Source: an uncultured Anaerolineae bacterium (lineage in GTDB: Bacteria > Chloroflexota > Anaerolineae > JAAYEA01). Taken from it: a stretch of DNA of 34,036 nt. The notes below the pieces were generated by a model. The model ran no database searches, was not told the DNA's origin, and worked only from the letters and a program-made list of their open reading frames with translations. Position numbers and translations under genes: made by a program. Shown here piece after piece: positions 8,441-16,500 of the stretch (its first letter is position 1; every line of letters begins with the position of its first letter). Where the stretch lies: the NCBI GenBank assembly GCA_964412315.1, contig CAYPON010000004.1, positions 2,180 to 36,215 on the forward strand, read 5' to 3'.

Positions 8441-9460
8441 TTATCCTCCTGAGGTCGTCTCGAACCATTGGTTGATCGAGTATTCCGGTTCAAAGCCGAT
8501 CAGCTTCCTCGCTTTGTCAATGCTCACCAGAGATTCGTCCTTCTGGACAGGACGTTTCCAGGTCTTGACCTCCGGGAAGAAAGTATTGACCAGGAGTTGG
8601 GAGGGTGCGCCGAGCATGTTGCGGCTGTCATTGACGAACAGGGGATGGCTGCCGTCGTAGTCGGCCAGCAGCGCCTTTTCGATGGCCTGTGCCGAATCCC
8701 TGGCATCAATTGTGGCCCAGAAATTGCTTCGCCCCATGATGTGGAGCGCATCGGGCGCGTCCCACCTCTGCCTGGAGAAGGGCTTTTCCGAGGCCCTCTC
8801 TGCCCGCATAGCTTGAAACCGGACAATGATCTGACGCACGCGCCCCTGCCGTTCTGCATCCGGCAAAGCCAGCAGTCCCTCCCAGGCACTACGGAGGTGG
8901 GAGATAAAGCCTCGCATCCTGGGTTGGACGTCTTCCGTGGCTTCGTAAACCCAGGGTAGACGCAGGCAGACCCCGGAGATGCCCTCGCGACGCCGGAAAT
9001 AGGCGGCGATCTCTTCCACGATCTGTTTGGAGAAGGAATAGGCGTCTGTCGTATAAACGGGATGTTCCTCATCCATGGGGAAGTAGAGGATGGGAAACTC
9101 CTTGATGCCGAAATTGTAGCCCAGCGCGTTGATAGAGCTGGCGCTGACGACTCTCTTGATCCCTTTGCTCGCTGCCGCCTGGTAAACGTTGAATGCGCCG
9201 GCACAGTTGATGCGAAAGATCTCCTGCCCAGGGGCGAGGGCGGGGTGGGGGATAGCGGCCAGATGCACCACCGCCTCCATGCCCTCCATCTGTTGGCACA
9301 GGCCATCGTAATCGGTGATGTCGCACGTGCGGTAATCGGCGCCCTCGATCACGATCCCGGCGCGCCGCCCGATCACTCTTACCTCGTGTCCATGTTTGAC
9401 CAGCCGTGTGACAGCAGCGCGGCCCACATTTCCGGTGCCCCCGGTGACAAGAATCTTCAT
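8441..9460 (-). CDS. NAD-dependent epimerase/dehydratase (extended SDR)
   Basis: MKILVTGGTGNVGRA Rossmann motif and YSFSK (YxxxK). The start overlaps the upstream stop as ATGA (9457..9460). Confidence 0.85.
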   Translation of the reverse strand: MKILVTGGTGNVGRAAVTRLVKHGHEVRVIGRRAGIVIEGADYRTCDITDYDGLCQQMEGMEAVVHLAAIPHPALAPGQEIFRINCAGAFNVYQAAASKGIKRVVSASSINALGYNFGIKEFPILYFPMDEEHPVYTTDAYSFSKQIVEEIAAYFRRREGISGVCLRLPWVYEATEDVQPRMRGFISHLRSAWEGLLALPDAERQGRVRQIIVRFQAMRAERASEKPFSRQRWDAPDALHIMGRSNFWATIDARDSAQAIEKALLADYDGSHPLFVNDSRNMLGAPSQLLVNTFFPEVKTWKRPVQKDESLVSIDKARKLIGFEPEYSINQWFETTSGG

Positions 9461-10623
9461 TTTTTCTCCTTGTAATCATCCCGCGCCTGCATCATCGCCC
9501 ACACGTTTTCGGGCGGCGTGCCAGGGAGGATAGTGTTGCTGCAGCCGTGGAAATAGCCGCGGCCTTCGCTCGCTTTCAGGATGCTCATGCAGTGAGCATA
9601 CACCTCCTCGCGCGAGCCACGGCGGATCAGGTCGCCGCTGGCATTGGCCCAGATGATCAGGTGAGGGTATCGCTGGCGAATCCTGCTTAGCTCCATCGTC
9701 GCCTCGTAATCCACCTCGCCATAGCCGGGGATGCCCGCCTCTAGGAAGATCATATCGCTCACCTGCCAGATGTTGCCGTCGGTGCGCCAGACGTAGTGCA
9801 ACTCTAGCTCTCGGCAACGGTCAGCCAGTTTCTTCAGGCGGGGCAGCATGAGCCGGCGGAACATTTGCGGGGAGTAGAGCGGCCCATTCTTGTCCGCCAT
9901 GTCCCCGCCGCCCAGGACGACCTTGATGCCCCGTCGGGCGATGGCTTCCATTTGGGCGAGGGCAATCTCCAGTTGGCAATCGAGGATGTCGCCGACAGCC
10001 TTCGCTTCCAGCGCTGCCGCCATGAGCGACGCCTCGTCCACGCCAAGAGACAGCCCTCCACCACCGGCAACGACCATCATCTCCTCTCCCAACCGTGCCT
10101 GAAGCTGCGCCTCGACGAGGCCGGCGTTCTCGTGCGCGTTTTGCACTGCTGCGTCCACTTCCTTCTGTCGCTGCCGCGCCAATTCCGGCCAATCTTCAGG
10201 CCGCAGCGGTGGCGCAGTGTTTTTGACCTCAATGAAGTTCATCACCTCCACGTCCCACCGCCATATCTGATACACGCCGTCAGGATCGCCGGAAAGGAAA
10301 GTGTGCTCGTTAAGCTGAGCAACCGGTTTGATGTTTCTGCGCCAGCCGAAGCGAAAAACCTCCATGCCCAACACGCGGTGCAGCTCGAGAAGGTCTTCTT
10401 CGTACTTGCGCTCGAACTCGGCGTGGGCCTCCTTACCCGCGATCCAGGCTTTGGCTTCCGCGTACCAAAGGGAGGGGCTGCCCGTATGCACTGGCCGGCC
10501 CAGTATCTTGCTGGCCACGTCGCAGGCGATGGTCGGTGTGTAGGCTGGCACGCGGTCGGGCACGCGGCCTTCCAACGTTGCCAGGCAACGCGTATAAGGG
10601 GTCATAGAAGGTGATAGGTTCAT
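9457..10623 (-). CDS. uroporphyrinogen-decarboxylase (URO-D)/MtaA-CmuA-like family protein
   Basis: N-terminal LEGRVPDRVP and C-terminal GDLIRRGSREEV...GYFHGCSNTILPGTPPENVWAMMQA follow the URO-D family pattern. The start is set to ATG 10623 (MNLSPSM), 1 nt after the upstream stop. The track start 10689 overlaps the methyltransferase gene. Confidence 0.65.
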   Translation of the reverse strand: MNLSPSMTPYTRCLATLEGRVPDRVPAYTPTIACDVASKILGRPVHTGSPSLWYAEAKAWIAGKEAHAEFERKYEEDLLELHRVLGMEVFRFGWRRNIKPVAQLNEHTFLSGDPDGVYQIWRWDVEVMNFIEVKNTAPPLRPEDWPELARQRQKEVDAAVQNAHENAGLVEAQLQARLGEEMMVVAGGGGLSLGVDEASLMAAALEAKAVGDILDCQLEIALAQMEAIARRGIKVVLGGGDMADKNGPLYSPQMFRRLMLPRLKKLADRCRELELHYVWRTDGNIWQVSDMIFLEAGIPGYGEVDYEATMELSRIRQRYPHLIIWANASGDLIRRGSREEVYAHCMSILKASEGRGYFHGCSNTILPGTPPENVWAMMQARDDYKEKK

Positions 10624-10624
10624 T

Positions 10625-11365
10625 TTACCGACGCGCCAGGACAACGAGGCGTTTGGCTGTGTGATCGTAGGGGGAGCCATCGAGGCCACCGTATGCCTCG
10701 GCGGCCATGAAGCCGCTGCTGATCAGGAGCGAGATCAATTCGGTGGCGGCGTAGAGGCGATGGCTAAGCCGATGCTCAACGCGCTCGTTGCCTCTGATGA
10801 TGATCCAGCGATTCTCCATCCAGCCCCAGTTGCGGGTTACTTTCCGCTCCTCGAGGACGATCAGGCCATTGTCCTCGTGCCAGCCGCGTGGTTGGAAAAT
10901 CCGCGCGAGGATCTCTTTGCCCATCATTTCTACCAGCAGTGCGCCGCCCGGTTTCAGAGAATAAGCCAGGTTCTCCGCGACGCAGCGGTCGTCAGCGGGG
11001 TCCTCGAAGAAACCGAAGGAGGTGAAGAGATTGAGCGCCACGTCGAAGGCGGCAGGGCGGCGAAATTCACGCATGTCGGCCTGTACCCATTCGACGTCGA
11101 GGCCCTCGCCAGCCGCCCTTCGCTGCGCCTCGGCTAGGTAAGCGGCAGTGCGATCCACACCGGTCATGCGGTAGCCGCGTCGCGCCAGTTCCAGCGAGTG
11201 CCTTCCCACGCCACAGCAGAGGTCGAGTACATGCATCCCAGGCTGGAGGCCGGCCAAGGCGGTGATCTTGTCCACTTCCTCTGGGGCGGCGGCCCAGCGC
11301 CGCTCTCCGAACATCACCTGTGCGGTGTCTCGCCAAAAAGCGTCATCTTCGTGCCAGGGCTTCAT
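10625..11365 (-). CDS. class I SAM-dependent methyltransferase
   Basis: Motif I VLDLCCGVGRHSLELARRGYRMTGVD, post-I and motif II regions (FDVALNLFTSFGFF), and AAGGAG upstream of ATG 11365. Confidence 0.85.
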   Translation of the reverse strand: MKPWHEDDAFWRDTAQVMFGERRWAAAPEEVDKITALAGLQPGMHVLDLCCGVGRHSLELARRGYRMTGVDRTAAYLAEAQRRAAGEGLDVEWVQADMREFRRPAAFDVALNLFTSFGFFEDPADDRCVAENLAYSLKPGGALLVEMMGKEILARIFQPRGWHEDNGLIVLEERKVTRNWGWMENRWIIIRGNERVEHRLSHRLYAATELISLLISSGFMAAEAYGGLDGSPYDHTAKRLVVLARR

Positions 11366-11485
11366 GTTCTCCTTTCGGTGCAGGCGTGAAGCCCGCGACT
11401 ACAGAAGCAGGCACATCAGCGCAGGATCTACGCCTGCGTTTCATGCCTGGCTTGCAGCGGGCAGAGTGCAGACATGAGCCTGCAA

Positions 11486-12769
11486 CTACAGAAGGGCATC
11501 CGCGACTTTGATAATCCCCTGAATGGCTCCCTCGATGTCGGCGTCGGTGAGGAGCGGGTTGACGTCTATGTGCACGGCGCGTTCCAGGAGCTTCAGGGTA
11601 CGCGGGCACATGTCCTGGGTGTAGGTGATCCCGCCCTGGTAGTAGGGGCAGGTCCAAGGACAGCCGAGATGGTTGGCAGTGCGTTTGTGCAGGATCGGCC
11701 GCCAATGGTAGTAAACATGGAGGTCTTCCACGTTGGGATCGAACATGCCGCTGGCGCTGATGTTTTCGGCGCGCAGGGCCTGAATCATGGTTTTCGCGCT
11801 TTGCGCGTCGGGCAGGAGATAGATCAGGCAGACGCCGACATCGCCCGCCCCATCGTGACTGGGGCGAGGCGCAAAGCCTTTGGCGCGGCAGATGCCAGCA
11901 GTGCCGGCGACGATGCGTGCTTTGGCCGCCCGCTGCCGTGCCACCAGCTTGTCCAGGCGCGTCAACTGCACACCAACGATGGCGCCCGTGACCTCACTCA
12001 TACGGAAATTCACGCCGGTGAACATCTCAAAGCCCGCCGCATCCTCACCGCGCCGCCAGATGCCGCCGCCATCGTGATACATCTGAGCGCAGCGGTATAG
12101 TTCAAGGCTGTCCGTCACCACTGCGCCTCCCTCGCCAGCAGTGATCATCTTGTTGAATTGCAGGCTGAAGGCGCCGATGTCGCCGAAGGTGCCGAGATGC
12201 TTTCCCTGGAAACTGCCGCCATTGGCCTGCGCCGTGTCCTCGATGACTAGGAGATCGCGCCTGTGGGCCAGTTCCATGATGCGCTTCATATTACAGGGCG
12301 CGCCGCGCATGTGCACGGGGATGATAGCGCGCGTGCGCGGGGTGATCCTGGCTTCCACATCCGCCGCATCAAGGGTCAGGGTCTCATCCACCTCAGCGAT
12401 GACGGGGATCGCCATGTTCCAGGCGACCGCTGTCGCCGTGGCGATCCAGGTGTAAGCGGGGATGATTACCTCATCTCCAGGGCCGATGCCCGCCGCAGCC
12501 AGGGCCGTCATCACCGCCGCCGTGCCGGAGGTCACGCCGAGCGCGTATTTAGCTCCGCTGTAGCGGGCAAAGGCGGCCTCAAAGTCCTTCACCTTGTGTG
12601 GCCCTTCGCCGGTGGGGCCATAGTAGCGAAAGAGGTTGCGGCTGCGCAGGACTTCCAGGACGGCCTCCTCTTCCTCCTTGCCTATATCCATAGCGCCAGG
12701 GTAAGTATGCGGCCAGGGGGTAGACCGCGCGGGCGTGCCGCCGTAAAGGGCTAGCTTCTCTTTGGACAT
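11486..12769 (-). CDS. DegT/DnrJ/EryC1/StrS-family PLP-dependent aminotransferase (long, StsC/BtrS-like form)
   Basis: GVTSGTAAV, DEVIIPAYTW and FSLQFNKMITAGEGGAV (PLP-lysine). 427 aa. GGAGGA upstream of ATG 12769. Confidence 0.85.
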   Translation of the reverse strand: MSKEKLALYGGTPARSTPWPHTYPGAMDIGKEEEEAVLEVLRSRNLFRYYGPTGEGPHKVKDFEAAFARYSGAKYALGVTSGTAAVMTALAAAGIGPGDEVIIPAYTWIATATAVAWNMAIPVIAEVDETLTLDAADVEARITPRTRAIIPVHMRGAPCNMKRIMELAHRRDLLVIEDTAQANGGSFQGKHLGTFGDIGAFSLQFNKMITAGEGGAVVTDSLELYRCAQMYHDGGGIWRRGEDAAGFEMFTGVNFRMSEVTGAIVGVQLTRLDKLVARQRAAKARIVAGTAGICRAKGFAPRPSHDGAGDVGVCLIYLLPDAQSAKTMIQALRAENISASGMFDPNVEDLHVYYHWRPILHKRTANHLGCPWTCPYYQGGITYTQDMCPRTLKLLERAVHIDVNPLLTDADIEGAIQGIIKVADALL

Positions 12770-12801
12770 GATCGCTCCTCCAATGTAAAAGAATTCCAGG
12801 T

Positions 12802-13539
12802 TTAAGGTTTAAAGCCTGGATCGGATGCGGATTCCGCTGCCGAGGGTGACGGCGCTTCAATGGGCACAAGCTCATACCCGTCAGCTTGTAACAGGATGCG
12901 CATCTCCGCCGCTGAGCAGGGCAAATTCCAGAGCTTTTCTGCCGAGACGAACCTGCGTCCCTCAACACCTTTGATCGTCTCCAGCATGGCAGCAAAAGCC
13001 CCACCCACGACCCAGAATTCTCCATCGCGGGTGCGGATGTGGACCTGGTCGCGTCTTCGGCCCGCTTTGTCAGAGGCTGGCGTCGCGGTTTGCGCGACAT
13101 CCACCAACTGAAAGCCCCGCGTGGCAAGACCCTGCGCCAGATCGGCCACTGAGCCGGACACCTCCCACATCCGCTCTTCAGGCAACCAGCGCCGCCCCTG
13201 GATCGCTTTCACCGCCGCTACTATCTCTCCGAACTCGCCACCCACGACCGCCTTTGTCCCCTCAGTTGTTCGGATCAACACGCGCTCAGGCTCCCTACGC
13301 GCCGACCGGGGAGAGCCTGACAGCGGCCTGCCCATCTCGCTGTCTGCTGTGACATGAAAGCCGGCGGCCTCCACCGCCTTTTGCACCTCCTCAACACGGC
13401 AGGGGATCTCCCATATCTTCTCCTCCGCCTGGAAGCGGCGTCCCGGCAGCTTGCGCACGACCGCCAACATGCTCTGAAAGTCTCCGCCGATGATGAGATA
13501 CTGCCCATCTTGAGTTCGGATGCGAATTTGCTCTTGCAT
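12802..13539 (-). CDS. hypothetical protein built of three tandem ~60-aa modules (HARP-like?)
   Basis: AAGGAG lies 7 nt upstream of ATG 13539. Modules at aa 5-63, 87-146 and 166-225 (nt 13351..13527, 13102..13281, 12865..13044) share the pattern (I/V)xIRTxxGxxxxxGGxFxxxxxxxKxxxGRR(F/W)xxEE(K/R)xWExxxxxxxxxxxxxxxG(F/Y). Arg/Pro/Ser-rich linkers separate them. Confidence 0.8.
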   Translation of the reverse strand: MQEQIRIRTQDGQYLIIGGDFQSMLAVVRKLPGRRFQAEEKIWEIPCRVEEVQKAVEAAGFHVTADSEMGRPLSGSPRSARREPERVLIRTTEGTKAVVGGEFGEIVAAVKAIQGRRWLPEERMWEVSGSVADLAQGLATRGFQLVDVAQTATPASDKAGRRRDQVHIRTRDGEFWVVGGAFAAMLETIKGVEGRRFVSAEKLWNLPCSAAEMRILLQADGYELVPIEAPSPSAAESASDPGFKP

Positions 13540-13564
13540 GGTGGCTCCTTACATGATTTACGGC

Positions 13565-16500
13565 CTAGCCGGATATGACGATCTCGGCACGGGCCAGCAG
13601 TTCGGGCCTCATGCCGTCCCACACCTCAACCTGGTAGGTGCCGGGCGGCAGGTCGGACACGCGGGCGCTGATGTCCCACGTGCAGACGCAACGGCAAGGC
13701 CCACCCGTTGGATAGGTCTCTCTTTCCACGAGTTTCAGGAGGGGCCGGCGATCTTCCAGCTCCACGACGATCACAGCACAGCAGTTGTACACGGCGTCCT
13801 CGTGGAACATGACGAGGTCATCCCCTTCCACGCCGATGCGCACGGAGCCACCGTCCAGTCGGGCGGCAGCCGCAGTAGGGGTCGTCCTCTGCTCGCAGCC
13901 GGTTACGGAAAACTGGATGGCCAAGGGCCGACGGTTCCGCATGATGAGTGGCAGCGGCAAGCGACGAATCACCGTGGGCGTGGCCGTGGCGGTGGGCGGC
14001 GGGCCGATCGCATAACTTACGATCAGCCGCGGCCTGCTCAACGGCAGCGGGTATTCGGCGGCGGCCAGGCTGTGCTGCACCTGATGCTCGCTCCAGCTTT
14101 TCAGAACCAGGCCATGGTTGCTACTCCGATCCGCGGCCCAACACTGCACCATATCCGTGACGTCGAAATCATACCAGCGGCGGGTGTCAAGCACAGTCTG
14201 TATGTCATCCGCGGTGGCCGCACGGTCGGTCGTCGTGTCGTTACAGCCCGGCTGTCCCCATGGCACGCCAATAGCGGCCTGCTCCCAGGTGGCCTGGCTG
14301 GGGTTCCAGGGGCGCAATACGCGATACGCGCCGACCTGGATCGGCTGTCCGCCACTGGTCAGGGAATAGAGGCCCAATGTCGCGTTCAAGATGGTTGCTT
14401 GCGGCGGGATGAACGAGACGTCGAAGCGAAGGAGGCCAGCGCGAATGTCGGGGGCACGAATCACAAGGCTGCTCTCCCCACCATGGTTCTGATCTCGTGC
14501 CCAGGTGTCCAGGTAGGTGTCTTCCGTCCCCAGGTAGCCAGATACGCCATTCTGGAAGACCGTAGTGATGCGGTACGGCGTCGGTGTGGGGGTAGGAGGG
14601 GTGCCAGTGGGCGTCGGCGGCGGCGGCGTGAGCGGCTGCAAAGCCAGGTTCAGCGTCACCGTCTGCCCGGCGGCAATCTGCACCTGTTGCGAGAGTGGCG
14701 CATAGTTCGTCGCTCTGGCCGTCACCTGGTAAGACCCCGGCTCCAGCCAGAGGGTGTAGCTGCCTGTGTGAGGATCGGTGGCCACATCGGTTGCCCCCGC
14801 TGCGACCCGGGCCTCCAGAGGCAAACCGCGCAATGCGTCAGTAACACGGCCTGTGAGTCTGCCCAGTCCTGTTGTGGGCTGCACATTCATGCTGGCAAAG
14901 GTTTGTACTTTGGGACGTTCCGGGTCATTGCTGGTCACCAGGATGCGAGCGGCGTGTGTCCCCGGCTGTTGCTCCGTGGCGTCAAATGTCAGGCGGACGA
15001 CCTGCGAGCCGCCAGGCGGTATGGTACCGCGCTGGGGAGTCATCGCCAGCCAGGACACGCGGAAATAATCGCTAGCCGAGTGTAGCCGCCCGACGCTCAC
15101 TTCCACGAAGTGGATCCACTCGTCGCCGTCGCTGCGGCAATCAATGCGGAAATCGCTGCCTCCTGTCAATCCGTTGGCAAAGCGCGCATCGGCCAGGAGA
15201 AAGGTCGCCTTGCGCCAGGTGTGCCGGTCGTCCTTGCGCACGAGGGCGTCGTTCGACCCGACGGGAATGGCCTCCCGTTCACCTGTGACACTATCGTAGC
15301 GCAGGCTCCAGGTATCGGTACCTAGGTCGAAATAGGTGACAGTGATCATGGCCTGGGCCGAGATATTGTAGGCGTAGGCATCGTCAATGCGGAACCACAT
15401 ATAGGGGTTGCCGGTGCCATAATCGGTGCGCCGCGTGATCCAACTCTCCTTATCCGCGCTGAGCGCGCGATTATAGGTGGGAGAGGTGACACGGCTATCA
15501 TTTGTCTCGGCCACTGTTCGCCCACCAGGGATAGAATCATCCTGCCGAAGCCCAAAGGTGAAATTGCCCCACTGCGGGCAGCGGGCAGCCTCCGGGCCGC
15601 CTTCTGGCGGGTACCAGGGATGCAAACGCTCGCGCATAGCCACCCAGACGCTGGGCGTGTCACGCATCGTTTTCCCCAGGAAGCGATTGGCCCAAGCGTA
15701 GATAGGGTAATACTCCGACCGGCTGCCCCTGGTGACCGGGTCGTAGAAGAGGTCTCGGGCGAAATTGAGAAAATCAGCGCGTTTGTCCAGGGCGCTGAGC
15801 ACTGCCCAATAGACATCTCGCGCGGAGCGGAGGTAGAGGTCATAAGATTCCCAGACCAGCGGCACGTACGCGCCATAGGTGATAAGCGGGTCCCAGCCGC
15901 CGCAGCCGTTATTGCAGGCTGGGTTCGTTCCGACCAGCTTGGTACCGTCGGGTTGCAGGCCGGTGTGCATCAAGCCGACGCCGTGCCGCCCTACGGCGTG
16001 CGTCGTGGTCTCCCTTCTCTCACAATCCTGCCTCAGGAAGACAGGCACGAATTGCAGCACCAAAGGCGTATGCTGAAAGGCATCGGCATACATATCGGTG
16101 ATCCGGTTCACTGTCTCGATCCAGCGCTGGCTTCGCTCAGTGTCGGATGTTGTGCCCCAATCGGCATCCAGGGCTGCGCTTACATAGAGGTCATCGCGAT
16201 CATCGCAAGGCTGCGTCTCACCATACGTCCCCACACCGATGGCGATCCAGGCCAGGCGTGGATCGCTGTCGTAGCGGCTGGCCAGGGCGCGGATGAAATC
16301 GCGGTACCGCGCGAGATAGGTCTCGTCCCAGTAACGAGGGATAAGCCAGCCATCGGCGTTGATGACAGCGTGGGGGTCGCCACCATACCTTGCTGAGAAG
16401 ACCCAATCTGGTGTCTCCATGCCATAGAGTCGCCCACCGTAGGTGCTGATGCCAAAGGCAGCCATCAAGCCCTGCTCCGCCATGGCGGCCAGGTCGTCGT

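Noticed and set aside
8524-9306. 260-aa alternative-frame ORF on the minus strand inside the epimerase gene
   Set aside because: It is on the same strand but out of frame with a gene that has clear Rossmann and YxxxK motifs. The Arg/Ser/Pro-rich product is a GC-bias artefact, not evidence of programmed frameshifting.
13520-15085. 521-aa ORF on the plus strand
   Set aside because: It is entirely antisense to the well-supported 1375-aa gene. The Arg/Gly/Ala/Pro-rich translation has no recognisable motifs. This is a typical open antisense frame in GC-rich coding DNA.
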